Shown here one piece after another: positions 11,117 through 27,031 of a stretch of DNA of 64,000 bases (position 1 is the first letter of the stretch; every line of letters begins with the position of its first letter). The position numbers and the translations under genes are program-made. Origin of the DNA: the human T2T-CHM13v2.0 reference genome, Homo sapiens; NCBI RefSeq assembly GCF_009914755.1, contig NC_060934.1. One strand, given 5' to 3'. Under the pieces are notes generated by a model. It was not told the origin of the DNA. It was given only the letters and a program-made list of their open reading frames with translations, and made no database searches.

Positions 11117-13192
11117 GTTACACTCCCGGTCCGCATTTGGGATTCTGTATGTAAACCTCAGAATAAATTCAACAAAATTTGTCGAATTTTCCCTTTGGTG
11201 ACTTCACATCTTTGCAAAGAGGGGGTTTTGGTGGTTGCTGTGATAAAACTATGTATAACAAAATCAATGTGCATCAAGAAATAAGGATCAAGAAGTCATG
11301 CAATGCCCACAGGTGAACATCTCCCATTATTGAATAATTACAACTACTTAACAATAAAACTGAATATTAGTTTTCTTTCAACCTATGTTATGTGTATGAT
11401 TTTTTCAAGGATGCCCTAAGTGGTTAGGATAGAAATACTTAAATTTTTTTTGGACTTAGCGACTTAATAAATGTAAGCAGTCATATAGTTATTTTGGAGC
11501 ACTGTGGAAATATTGCTGCAATAGTAAAGCCACTGCGGGAACTAAAAAAGCTTGTGAATCTGTCCCTATTTAATTAGACCAGGAATTTGGGCTTAAGACA
11601 TTGGTGACTCTTCTGACCAGCATCTACAGAGGGTCAGCTATGAGATCCCAGTCCACCGAGGAAGCAGGCTGGTAAAACCAATCCACCACTCCCAATGGGA
11701 TAGTCAGTGTGAAACACAGAAGACCCAGTAGTAGAATGGCTCTGGCTAGACAGGAGTCAAAAATCATGGTGGAGAAACTAGGAGGCTGTGTATGTTTGGA
11801 TTGAAACCCTGCATACCTGACACCTTCAGGTCTGAGTGCCACCAAGAGGGAGCTGGCCACTCCACCCTGGAACGGGCCAGTCAGAAGAGGTGAAGACACT
11901 GAGGAAAGCTGACTCCTTGAAGCAGCCCACTCAGGTTGCTTCGTTAGAACTGTCTTTTAGTCTGAGTGCAAATGAGCAATGCCCCAGTTCCAGCCCTTGA
12001 AAATGTTTTCTTATGTTTCTTTCTAAGTCTTAGCATCCTTATTCTACCTTCCCCAACAGGCACATCTGCTGTAGTCTGTGTGATTTTTACCTTTGCATTC
12101 AAAAGAGAATAATTGGCTTATTAGCATCTGTTATGTGCTGTTTGTCTCATTATTTGTTTTATGTGTACTTTTAATTACCCAAATATTACTTTATGTTGGC
12201 CAGTAGCCCTATTTTATAGAAAATTCACAATAGAAGGCACATACAAGGTTTCCTTTATTGCATAAGATGATAACATATGGCAGGTTGTATATTTTTTGAA
12301 CCATGCAAATTCTGTCTCCTTATTTTAAACATAAGAAAGAAATGAATTCTATTAAAAGTAAAATGAGAAAGCCAAGATCATATATAGTGAGCCATATCAT
12401 CATAATTTAGGCTTACTCTTTTGATGGTGAACACTGATGTTCCATTCTACCGTGAGGGTAAAAATGCTGACTGAGTTATCCCAATTGGAGCCTGCATAAT
12501 TTTCAGCAACTCCAGCTCCTTGACAAAATGTAACTCATCATGTATGTTAGTTTAGTATTTATTCCATGTGTCTTAACAGCCCAATAAGACTTCATGCTAT
12601 AAATTACCTTTTTAGTTGTAAAACAAATCAAGATATTCATCATAAGAGATATTTTCTCAGCATGGTTCCTGAAGGGTTAACTGCTAAACTATGTCTTCAG
12701 ACCCAAGGAGATGTACCAAAGAAAGTATCAGCTAAGTAGCCTGTATTTTATACATTTATCAACTTTTAATGATTCTCTGTTATTTAAAAAATATGTATTT
12801 TAGAAAATATCAGTTTCAAGGGTAGTGAAATGACCACTGATGTCGTCATCCAGATCTTTTGGCCAGGTTACTTATCATCGGCTTCATTTGGTCTTTATGG
12901 AGTCTCTGTATCCTTAAGGGAGGTTATTTTTCTTTAGAAAATTCATTGTCTGCTTGTAGAATGCATGATCTGTTTTATTGTTGAAGCCAGGTATTCACGG
13001 ACCCGACATCATTAGTGATTAATGATAGTCAGCTCTGAGAACGCTGGTTTTACTTATTTGGTTCTTATGCTGTTTGTGTAATTCCAATTGTGTGTCCTGA
13101 GGGAGTGGGATGTGAAGTCTGTCTGGACACTTATGAAGACATAAATAGATACATATGTTCCTGCAGAAAGGTTTTCATTTATGTTGGCTTAG

Positions 13193-13208
13193 GTATATAT
13201 ATACACAC

Positions 13209-13241
<33 letters not shown>

Positions 13242-13279
13242 CACATATATATATATATATATATACGTATATATATATA
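13193..13279. repeat. interrupted (TA)n/(CA)n microsatellite
   Basis: Visible directly in the sequence. Confidence 0.95.
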
Positions 13280-13968
13280 AGACATCCATCTACTATCTCA
13301 TCTATTCACAGGAATATTCTGTAATATATCTTTCTCACATAGGCAGCTGCACTTATGTGTTTTCATTCTGTGAATATATTGCTTAATTCTTTAAGATGTC
13401 ACAGGTTTTTGCATTGTCAGAATACTACAAGACTCATGCAATTTACATCACATCTAAGAAACGCATTTTCCAACATGCACTCGAGATGAATTTGTAGCTC
13501 AGCTTGTGGCAGTGTACACACTAATCATGCCCCTCCTCTTCAGGTCAGTTCCGCATGGTGCAGAGGGTCACTACTTATAGTATGTTACCATAGGTTTGTC
13601 ACATTTTCTCCTTTATTGATTTATTTATTTTACTTCTGAAAAGACTAGCCTAAAATGAAAACTTGCTGATAATTTAAATATAGTACGTGCTGGATGGTCA
13701 CTTAGGAGGATAGTAGCTTTTCAAGCAAAACATTTATATTAATTTACAGTTTCAATGACATGATTTATTTGAAAAGCATCTGTAGAATGCCTTCTTTGTG
13801 CAAAGCAGCATGGAAGTGTGGCTTAGAAAAGGAACAAAACCTAAAACTTGCTCTCAAGAGCTATTATAATTCATTGGGAAAATTTACAGATTTTAAGTAT
13901 ATATGTATATATATATACACCCTCTCCCACACATACATATAGTATATATACTGCACTAGTATAGTCTT

Positions 13969-15336
<1,368 letters not shown>

Positions 15337-15507
15337 GTATTTGAACATTTCTTCATAATCATTATCTTGAATAAGAGCATAACTTATTTTTCCAGAGGGT
15401 CTTTTCAATTTCTTCTTTTTCTTACTCTTATTCATATTGATAATTTATATCATTTCGTACTTTTACATAGCTTGTTTTCAAAAACATAGTCTTGCATGAA
15501 GTTTTCT

Positions 15508-15808
15508 CTTTCTCTCTTCCCTTCCCTCCTTCCTTCCCTCCCTCCCTCTCTCTCTTTCTTTTTTTCTTTTTCTTTCTTTCTTCCTTTCCCTCTTTCTCTC
15601 TTTCTTTCTTTCTTTGTCTCTCTCTCTCTCTCTTTCTTTCTTTCTTCCTTTTTTTTTAAAAGTGTCTCTCTCTGTTACCCAGGCTGGAGTGCAGCAGCAG
15701 GATCATAGCTGACTGTATTCTTGACCTCCCCAGGCTCAGTTGATCCTCCCATCTCAGCCTCACAAATAGTTGGATCTACAGTTATGTTCACCACTTCTGG
15801 CTAATTAT

Positions 15809-15860
<52 letters not shown>

Positions 15861-15979
15861 TAGAGACGAGGTCTCACCATGTTGCCCCAAGCTGGTCTTG
15901 AACTCCTAGTCTCAAGCAATCCTCCCGCCTTGGCCTCTCAAAGTGTTTAGGTTACAGGTGTGAGCCACCATGCCTAGCT
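15508..15979 (-). mobile_element. AluJ with expanded (CT/CCTT)-type tail and T49 middle linker
   Basis: Alu body 15660-15979, polypyrimidine tail 15508-15658, T49 at 15811-15859, TSD gcatgaagttttct / gcatatagttttct. Confidence 0.92.
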
Positions 15980-17289
15980 GCATATAGTTTTCTACCCCAA
16001 TATTTTAAAAAGTGTTTACTTAGAAGATATTTCAAAAAGTTATGCATGTTATCAATGAAGTGTGAATTCTAAGCTCCAGTGCTGTAGCATCAGCATTGTC
16101 TCTTGCCTGAGGAAACAAAAGAAGTGTGTTAGGTAGAGAGAGGCTTTCAAACCATGTCCCAGCACCTTCAGACAAGCAATATTGTGATAAGAATACTGTT
16201 AAATTAGTGAACATTTCTCTTACAGACCATTGAGAAAATATTTTCAAGACTGACTGAGCATTTACTGATAAATCACATTATAGTTGAAAAGAATATGCAA
16301 CAAGATAAAGTTAAAATAACTTTTCTTTGGAAAGAAATAGATGTTTGGGAGGGGAAAATCATATACGTGTTATATTTAGTTTGTTGGTTTCTGCCCCAAA
16401 TTTAAGTCTAACATCTTTTGAGCTTCATTTTTTATACTGTCATATTGACTTAAAAGCATTCTTGCTCTACATTATTGTTGTCACAGATTTTATGGACATC
16501 ATCTAGTTCTTTTCGTTATACTTCTTGACAACCAGATAGTTCCAAAGAAAAGATGTGTATTATATCACAAGAGACTTTCATTCACATAAGTATTGATATG
16601 CTATCAAGTCAAATGCCAAGATTTTCACTCAATCCACAGATTTCCCATGCTATCAAAAAAGATATGATGAAAGACTCAATTAAAACATTCACCAACATCT
16701 AAATAAACTGTATCTGAGCAATTAATGTCTTTCGTCTAAATCTTTCATCATTTACTGTCAGCAATAAAGTCTTATTTATTGCAACGCAAGTTTAATCACA
16801 GTACTATTCAACTAAAAGCAAAAACAAAACAAAACCAACCTGGAAATGCAGAAATTGCAAAGAAGCAAAAATGCATAACTTCAGCTGCCATGTACCAGTA
16901 CATGGTTTCCTCAACACTGCACCTGGAGGCCAACCCCGGGTCAGCATTCAAAAACACAACAGAAAACATGGCTTTTCCTTCTGCCTGCTAAATGTCATTT
17001 GAATATCACTCATTGGAAGGATGCAGCCAATGATGGTGACAAGAAAATCTGGAAAATAAGGTTCAAAGGAGAACTTAGAAGAGTAGGGTGCATATAGAGT
17101 CTCAACAATGACATCATTCTGACCCAGTGCTTTGTAAGCTGTTGTGTGTTGATTTATATTTTTCAGCCTCATTTTCTTCCACCTTATGATATGACATGCA
17201 TCCTGCTCCATAAGCACCCACAACTATCCCCAAATTTCCCAGGTATGCCTTTTCCAATCACTGTCTTCAGAGCCACACCCATGATGCTA

Positions 17290-17855
17290 TGGGAAAACTA
17301 GACTTATAAGTACCTCATATCTGCTTATCCTACACCACCTTCACCCATCTTTTGACTCCACTCCTCTGACTTCTGTATCTCAGCGGCATCACCACCCACA
17401 CAGTTTGTGAAATCACAAACTTGGGCTTTATTGTTGATTCTTACTTTGCCTCCCTCTCCATCTAATCCATCTTGAAGTCCTGAGTGTTCTGACTCTTCCT
17501 TCTGGCTTCTCCACCTTATTTTAGGCTAAGATCATGTATGTCCTGGGTCATTCCAGAGCCTAAATTCCACACCCTGAACATTAAAAACATGTATCCAATG
17601 CTCAAATCCCTTTTGCATATGTATACGGGCTTAGAGAAACTAGAGAAGTTAGTTCTGATACCCTACTTCACTTGACATGTGCCAGTCAGATTTAAATCCA
17701 ATTTATTTTCTAGCATTACCTTCCTTAATCAATAGAAAAATTGTTGTCTGTTTATCCATTGATTCCAACTGCAGAAAAATAACTCTTTATTTTCAGAGTT
17801 CTAAGGGAACAGGGAATACGCACTCATTCATCTTAGAGACGTCAGATGGATGAAC
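17290..17855 (+). mobile_element. L2 3' fragment
   Basis: ggcatcaccacccacacagtt...aaacttggg...ttgattctt...catctaatccatcttgaagtcctg resembles L2. Confidence 0.6.
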
Positions 17856-18219
17856 AAAGGCTTAACTAGGCCAGCAAGCATGAATATTCTCTACTTTGGT
17901 CCTTACGTCTCATCCAGAGTCGTTCAGACCAGACAAAGCAGTGACGTTAGTAAGATTTGTATCAGGGCCTATTACCAATCTAATACCAACTGCAACCTAA
18001 TAACCCTCCAACATGTATTGGTTGGAATGTGATTACTTTATCACTTTGATTTTTGTAGTGATATTAATTGGCTAATATGTTATCAATTCCTGTTAAAATA
18101 TTTTAATGTTTTTAAGTAATTCTGAAAGACTGGAAATTGTATAGGAAGACAAAAATCCTCTCTACCTCCTGAAGCGTTTATCGAAGATATGATATGATGA
18201 CCAGGGTTTGGGAAGAACA

Positions 18220-18312
18220 GATTGACAGAATATTGGTAATTCTTGAAGCTAAGCATTCAGCCACATTGTGCTGTCCTTTGCATGTTTGTATATTTTGGAA
18301 TATTTTCATAAT
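18220..18312 (+). mobile_element. L1ME 3'-end fragment
   Basis: aatattggtaattcttgaagct...tttgtatattttggaatattttcataata. Confidence 0.45.
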
Positions 18313-20079
18313 AGATAAATTTTTACCAAATTCTACCAAAGCCAAACATATGTATTTTTGCTGGTGGAATTTCAGAGCTATGGTGCAGGGTACAGAGACT
18401 TTTACAATGACAATATTTTACTCCCTACAGAGGCCACTGTAAGAGAGCACTACAATTTTATGAATAGATTCATCTCATCATGCAATTTTTATCATCCTTT
18501 TAATATGTATAATGTTATTTTTTTCTTTGGATGTCAGCCTTATTACATCAATTTAAAAGTTTTGTGCTTTGAATTTTTAGAATGAACATTTTAGTTCATG
18601 TATTAATCTTGTTTTTAATAAAGAGCTTCTTCTAAGCTTTTCTATAGCTGAACATAATTAAATCCTCTCATAAAAATGAAGTGCACAAATTCCTTGGTAA
18701 TACAAATAATGATTCTGCACATGGCAATTTGTAGGATCTTGTCTTTCTAAATTCCAGGTGTTTCTGAGGTGAGCTTTACATGAATCGGGTCAAAATCTTT
18801 CTAATTAAAGTCATGTTTGCATAGGTAAATAAAGTGGTCCAGGATTGAAAAACAGGCATATAGTAACCGCCTATTTCAAGTTTATATAAAGCATCTGGCT
18901 ACTAGATGACCTTTTGGGTCTTTTATATTATATTAACATCAAGGAATTCCATTCTGTCTACTTCTCTCTCCTGCACTGTACTAGAAGAGGACCTCCTCAT
19001 CACCAGAAGCTTCCTGCAGAGAGTTGAACAAAAGTCTCCTCCTAGTATCCTTCAAGAAATGAGCTTAAGTATCTTAAAGATAAAATGGTCTATTTTTTAG
19101 TAAATAGTGACAGGGTGGTGGAAGAGTATGATTTATTTTGCCCATAAAATGTATTATTTTATGAACATTTTAATTATTTTTCAACATTTCACTTTAATCA
19201 TGAAATGTAAATTCAAAGCAAATTTTTCTTTTAAATATTTATTTATGTCTGATAATTTGACAATGTTTTCCTTCAGTTTCAAATATTTACCCTTAACATT
19301 AGTAAACTAAAAATGATCAGCATTTTCTTTAGAAAGGAACTATTCACACAACCAATTTAGACTAATTTTACTTAAGTAAAGTATATATTTTACGAAATCA
19401 ATTACTTATTCATTAGGAATAATTCAGAAGTTTCCAAATTTTTATAAATAATATGCCAATGGCAAATGTAAATTTGAAATGTATGCAAATTTAGATTTGT
19501 ATCCTTTTCAATTAAAAAATAAAGCCAGTTCTGACAATGGTTCCCAGGTTACTTCATTGGTTCTAAAGTGGCTTCCAATTTTTAAAATTTTTTTTTCATA
19601 CATAATACACACATAATATCAATGACCAAAACAATTTGAGAAACATTATTTTTACTTGACTTTTTTTGTGGAAAAATAAAATGAATCATGATATGGAGGA
19701 TATATAATAGCGTCAGTTACACTTTTTCTCATACTTCTTTTCTTTCTTACAGGAATATGCCCAAAGTTTGGAGGTGATTCCTTTATTTTATCCCTTTACA
19801 GGTATGGGGACAGAGAGGCACTTAAGTGTCTATAATAGTACCGTAAAAGGTTTCTGCTTAAGGTATGCAATTGAAGACATGTAATCATAACTTCTGATTT
19901 TACCAGTCTACCTATTTGTCACTCCAAATACCTTACATCCAGCTCCTTTTTGTTTTAGTTCCTGCCGCCCTACCTGGTGGAATCAATTGTCCTGTCCAGG
20001 AGCTTTGGCAAGGGTCTCTGTGCAGAGGTTAGAACTATTTCAATAAACGTGTGTGTGAACTAATTTTAAAAAAATGAAT

Positions 20080-23005
20080 CAATGTTTAGACAAAGCAGAT
20101 TTCACAGCAAACAAAATTACCAGGGATAAAAAGGAACACTATTTAACAATAAAGGGTTCAACTCTCCAAAAAGACACAATTCTTAATGTGCATTTGTTTA
20201 AACAAGAAAACTTAAAAATGCATGAGGCAAAAACTGACAGCAATGCAAAGATAAATAGATGAATCTACTGTCATAGTAGAAGACTGCAACTTCCACAGTC
20301 AGAAACAGATTTAAGAGCCAGAAAATCAGTAAGGACATAGCTTAACTCAACAGCACCAAATATTAACCGGATATAATTGACGTCTATAGACTACTTCATT
20401 CAACAACAGCAGAATACACATTCTTCTTAAGATCCCATGCAACACTCACCAAGGTAGTCCAGTTTCTGGGCTATAAAACAGGACTTAAAAAGTTAAAAGA
20501 ATGTAATTCATACAAAGAATGCTTTCAAACTACAATGAAATTGAACTAGACATGAATAACAGAAAGATAGCTAGAAAATTCCAAAATACCTAGAGATTAA
20601 AAAACATACTTCTAAGTAACACATGGATCAAAGAAAGATTCCCAAGAGAAAGCTAAAATATTCTGAATTAAATGAAAATACAGTAAATAGCAAAAGTAGT
20701 CCTTAGAGAGAAATTATAGTGTAGAATGCAGATGTGAGGAAAAAAAGATAAAGATCCAAAAAACAATAATGTAAACTTTTCTTAGAAAAATAGAAATAGG
20801 AGAGGCAATTAAATACAAAGCAAGAGAGGAAAAATAAACAATAAAATTTAGGGCCAAAAGTAATAAAATTTTATAAAGAAAATTAATAGAGAAAATCAAC
20901 AAAACTAGAAGCTGGTTCTTTGGTAGGATAATAAAATTCACTCCTTGTAGCTTCTTTACCTTTAGTGAGGCTAGCCAAAAAAAAAAAAAAAAACAAACAA
21001 AAAAAAAAGAGGGAGAGAGAAGGCAAAAAGAGCTAATATCTGACATGTAAAAGGGACCATCACCACTGATCCCAAAGACATTAAAATGATAATAAACAAT
21101 TTTATGAAAACTACGTCAAAAACTTTGACAACTTAGCTGAAATGGACAAATTACTAGAAACACAAGCCACAGAAACACACAAAGAGAAATAGACAATCTG
21201 AATGGGAAAATATTGAATAATGAAATTATATCAATAATTAATAACCTTCCAAAACAGAAAGTACCAGCCATATGGTGAATTCTACCAAATATTTTTTTAT
21301 GGAAGAAATTTTGCTAATTCTCTACAATCTTTTCCAGAAAATAGAAACAGAGAAGAGTTTTATTTTTTTTAATGAACTTCTATCTGTACCAGAGAGAGAA
21401 TAGTTCTTAACTTGTTCTATAACAACCGCATTATCGAACACAAAAACCAGAGAAAAACATTATAAAAAATTAAAATGATAAACCAACATTTTTAATAAAT
21501 ATAGATGCGCAAACCATCACAAATAAGTTCAAAAACTGAATTTAATAACATATAAAAAGAATTATACTCCACACTGAAGTGGGATTTATTCCAGGTGTGC
21601 CAGACTATTTCCACATTTGAAAATCAATTAGCATAATCCATCATTTCACAGACTACAGAAGCAATATCATATTATCACATCAATTGATGAAAGAACAGAT
21701 TTGACAAAATCCAACACTTATTCATGATTAAAATGCTCAACAAACTAAGAATAGAGAGGAACTTTTCCAATAAAATGAACATCTCCAAAAAACTTACATT
21801 ACATGTCATGCTTAATGGTGAGAAAGTTGATACCATCTGCCTAAGATTGAGACCAAGGCAGGAATTTCCCCTCTGAACACTCTAATTAAACATCATACTG
21901 GTAGTCTTGGCTAATGTAGTAAGGCAATAGAAGGAAATAAAAATTATACAGAGAAAGAAAGAAGAAATTAAACTACCCTTATGCAGAGATGGTATTATGT
22001 GATATGATTGTCTATAAGAAAATAACCCTAAATCCATCAAAATACTATTGGAGCATGAAAGGAATTATAACAAGATTGTTGCAGGATACAGGATAATATA
22101 TAAAAGTCAATTGCTTTCCCATATACTAGCTCTGAAAAATTGGAAATTTGAATTCCATGACAATAACATTTATATCAGCAGACAAAAATTGAATATGTAA
22201 GAATTAATCTAACAAGTATGTACAAGATTTATATGAGAAAATGACACAACTCTAGTAAGAGAAATCCAAGATCCAAATAAATGGAGAGATATTCCACAAT
22301 ATGGATAGGAAGTCTCAATATTATTAAGATGTTGATTTTCCCCAACTTGATGTATTGATTCACCACAATCTCTATCAAAATCACAGGAAATTATTTTTTA
22401 ACATAGAAAAATTGATTCTAAAGTTCATATGGAAAGGCAAAGGACCCAGCATAACCCACACAGTACTGAGCAGCGACCCTGGAGGACACAAACCACATGA
22501 CCCAGAACTTACTACAAAGCTGCAGTGATCTAGAAAGTGTGATATTCACAAAATAATGGGCAAATAGATCAATGGAACATAATAGAGATCCCTGAAATAG
22601 ACTCAAACATATACACTCAACTAGTCTTTCATAAAAGACCGAAGGCAATTCAGTGGAGCAAAGAGTTTTTTCTATAAATGTGGCTGGAACAACAATAAAA
22701 TGAATCCAGACACAGACTTTAAACTTTTCAAATAAAATAACTGAAAAGAGCCACAGGACTAAATGTGAAACAGACAAAAATAATCACACAACTTTGATAA
22801 GATAGCAGAGGTGAAAATATAGGCGACCTTGGATCTGGTGATGACTTTTTAGATACAAAGGCATGGTCCATTACAGAAGACAATTGATACAAGCTAGACT
22901 GTGGTGCATGTGGGTGGGCGGAATTATATGGAAATTAATTTTACTTCCTGTGTAATTATTCTATAAACCTAAAACTGCTCTAGCAAATAAAGTCTATTTA
23001 AGAAG
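20080..23005 (+). mobile_element. L1MC-like LINE-1: decayed ORF2 (EN to RT) joined to the extreme 3' end
   Basis: ORF 20074 (DKADFTANKITRDKKEHYLTIKGS) is L1 EN, RT-region DNA follows, and the element ends taaacctaaaactgctctagcaaataaagtctattta. Confidence 0.9.
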
Positions 23006-23021
23006 AAACAATACTCATTAA

Positions 23022-23321
<300 letters not shown>

Positions 23322-23537
23322 TCATTAACTACATTTTTTAAATGGGTGCCTTTTATTTTTATTAAAATTATATGCCAAAAAAGTTGATTAAAAATTGGAA
23401 AAACGTGGATAAATGAATATACTTTAATCAGCTCTGTGATTACTTCTCTCAGCAATGTATTGGCATTATTTATTATTGACCTCAGGCTTTTTGATGGAGA
23501 GGAGGGCCAGGATATGGAAACCTGAAAATAGTTTTCA

Positions 23538-23900
<363 letters not shown>

Positions 23901-24129
23901 CTATAATTAAATGAAACACTTTCAGCTTCAGAAAGAATTCTGAATTTTAAATGAATTGTGATATTTGGAAATAAAATTTCCATGTGGAAATTTAAAAAAC
24001 TGTAATACTAATATTTTATGAAACAGCTGAATCAGAAGATGCAGTTGAACATTTAGAAAATGGAAGTATATCTGATTTGAGATCGCATCAGGGTAGATCT
24101 CTCTCACTGAAAGCACTTACTGCAGCAAG

Positions 24130-24355
24130 CATGGGTGGTAGAATGGAAGTTTCTGCTTTCTTTCCCTGTGCCACAGTCTTCTACGTGGCTGGTCCTTGAA
24201 AGTTCTTCATCTCTAAGACTCAGTTTCTCTTTCATAAAATAAAGATAATTGTAGTGCCAATCCTTAGGAGATGTGAAAATTAAATAAGACAGTACATATA
24301 AAACATTTAGTATATTTTGCAGTAAAAAGTCAATACAATTTGTTAATATTATTAA
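24130..24355 (+). mobile_element. MIR
   Basis: ctcagtttctctttcataaaataaagataat...gtgaaaattaaataagac matches the MIR core. Confidence 0.65.
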
Positions 24356-24624
24356 TGGCATATTGTCATGAGTATTTATTTTTAATTATTCCCTCTGCCC
24401 CCGCAAAAATTTCATGGAGAGAAAGAAATATAGGAGAAATAACTAGCAAGGCTTTAAGAAGTGATGATCTGTGATTGCAACCATTTTGGTATATTAGGTT
24501 TATAAAATCACTTTTTTTTAAGTCAAATGTTCTATTTGAACTTTACCTGCATGATTTTTGAAAACTATGATGTTTTATCAAATTGCAGGCTTTTTTTTTG
24601 TATTAAATGGCACTGTAAATACCA

Positions 24625-24923
24625 CAGTCATCTGATGGCATTCACAGGTGATTGGTTTCAGAACCCTCTCAGATACCAAATCCAGGATGATAAGTCCCTT
24701 ATATCAAAAGGTGTAGTATTTGCATACAACGTACATACACATCCTGCCTTGTACTTTAGACCATTTCTAGATTACTTATACTACCTAATGAAAGCAAATG
24801 CTATGTAAACAGTCGTTACACTGTATTGCCTTCTATTTGTATTATTTTAATTTTTTTCCGATTATTTTTGATCCAAGGTTGGTTGAATTTGTAAATTAAC
24901 TGGTGAAAACAGAGGGCTGACTA
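24625..24923 (+). mobile_element. MER2 (TcMar-Tigger MITE)
   Basis: cagtcatc...gattggtttcagaacc...aagtcccttatat...tttgcatacaac...ctagattacttat...ggttggttgaat...gagggctgact. Confidence 0.85.
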
Positions 24924-24939
24924 TATAATATATGCTTCT

Positions 24940-26000
24940 CTCTTTTTTTTTAGTTTTGTATAATTTCAGACTTTCAGAAAAGTTTTAAGAATAGCACAAA
25001 AAATTCCCTAACACTTTCCGCTCAGAATCCCCAAATGTTAACACATTACTACATTTGCTTTCTCTAGTCCCCCTTCTCTCTGCACATATGTACACATTTT
25101 CTTTTTCTGAAATGTGTAAGAGGAAGTTGTATATATGACACCTCTTCTTCCCTAAATAATTCACTGTATACTATCTGAAAATAAGGCATTTTCTTACAAC
25201 ATCGAAGTATAATAATCCAACTCAGGAAACCGACACTGAGGTCATACTCCTCCTTCATATACAGACCTGATAGATTTTACCAACTTTCCCTGTAATGTTA
25301 CTTATAGACAAAGTAAATCCAAGCTGATGGGTTTTATTCAGTTCCCACATCTCTTTGGCCTCACTTAATTTAGAAGAGTTGCTGATTCTTCTTATATTTC
25401 AATATACAGTAAGTCCTCACTTACAATATACAGTTAGTCCTCACTTGGTTCTTGGAAATTGCAACTTTAAGCAAAATGATGTACAGAAGATCCTCAAATA
25501 AAATTCCTTCCTGCAACATCACGTTTTCCTAATATTGATGAGCAAAAATGATTTTAAGTCATTTTGCTTTAAGTCTTAGTTTCCAGGAACCTATCAGTTT
25601 CATTAAGTGAGTACTTAATGTATTGATATTTTAGAAGAGTATTAGACACATTCTGTATATTATCCCTCAGTTTGGGATTTGTCTGTTGTTTTCTCATGAC
25701 TAGATTTGGGTTTTATATTTTTGATAATAATACCACAGAAATGACACAAAGTTTTTCTCAGTGACCATGTTAGGAAGCACACACTGTCAATGAGTTTCAT
25801 TACTGAAGGGGTCACTTTGATCATTATGTTAAATGATGTGGACTCAGTTTCTCCACTGCCACGTCACTATTTTACTCTTTGTGTTTAAGAGAATTCTGTT
25901 CTGAGATACTTTGTGACTATACAAGTCTTGCTGTTTAAACTTTCACACACTCATTTTGACATTCCTTGATGATTTTTGCCTAAATCAGTTGTTATTTTAT
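24940..26000 (-). mobile_element. L1MC4/5-like 3'UTR, interrupted by MER6B
   Basis: ataatttcagactttcagaaaagtt...aaatgttaaca...ccctcagtttgggatttgtctg...taccacagaaatgac. Confidence 0.75.
25407..25620. mobile_element. MER6B-like Tigger MITE
   Basis: TIRs cagtaagtcctcactta / taagtgagtacttaatg, internal inverted ggttcttggaaattgc / tttccaggaacc, and TA flanks. Confidence 0.8.
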
Positions 26001-26619
26001 TATAATATTGTCTTATAATATTATTGTAGTGAATTTTATTAATCACCAACTGATAGCAATCTGTCATCTATTGGCATCTCTGGAAAGGTCATCATTTTCC
26101 AATTAAACAGCAGTGGATTAGTACAAGTTTTCACGATGGTCAAAGCCATGTGCTGTTTCATTGACAAGAAAGCTCAGGATATTCCTTGAGAGTCCATCTC
26201 ACTTGGGTTTAAACTGTGACATTATCATTTTTTAGCCATTTTATCTTATGCCAAATAACCAATTCTCAATTTTTTTCTACTTAAAAGGAATTTAAAAAAT
26301 CACCATATAGGTTTTTTCTTTTAAGGTTTACATGCACCTGTAGGGCATTATTTACATATAAATATAATAGGTTCTACCTTTTTTATCCTAGATTTTGATT
26401 CACGCTGATAGAGAAATTTCACTGTATATGTATATGTATGCATAAGCATATCAACCCCAAGCACACGCTTGATCATTGTATATGTCATGAGAAATTTGTT
26501 ACTTTCACATTTTATTTCAACTCTAATAACAGGATGTCATTATAAAGAATGAAAAAAAAACTGTGTTTCAATCCAGTTATTCTCTTGCATTCTCCATTTC
26601 TCAGTACACATTTCTTTAC

Positions 26620-27031
26620 TTACGTGGCTTCTATGTTTGTCCCCTTCAAATCTCACGTTGAAATGCCATCCCCAGTGTGGGGCCTGGTGGGAGGTGTTTA
26701 GGTCATGGGGTCAGATCCCTCATGAATGTCTCGGTGCTGTCCTGGAGGTAATGAGTGAGTTCTCTCTCTCTCTGAGTTCACCAGAGATCTAGTTGTTCAA
26801 AGGAGACTGGCACCTCCTCCCTCTCCTGCTGCCACTCTCATCATGTGATATGCCATCTCCCCCTACACCTTTCACCATGATTAAAAGCTTCCTGAGCCTC
26901 CCCAGAAGCAGATGCCAGCATCAGGCTTCCTGTACAGTCTGCAGAATCATGAGCCAAAATAAACCTCTTTTCTTTATAAATTACCCAGCCTGAGGTATCT
27001 CTATATAGCCACACAAAAATGGACTAATACA
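26620..27031 (+). mobile_element. MSTB solo LTR (MaLR)
   Basis: atgtttgtccccttcaaatctcacgttgaaat...gagccaaaataaacctctt...ggactaataca, with TSD tttac/tctac. Confidence 0.92.

Noticed and set aside
11835-11857. CTCF-like gccaccaagagggagct (also tcgccagatgggagc at ~37772)
   Set aside because: Both mismatch near-invariant core positions, so they cannot be supported without ChIP data.
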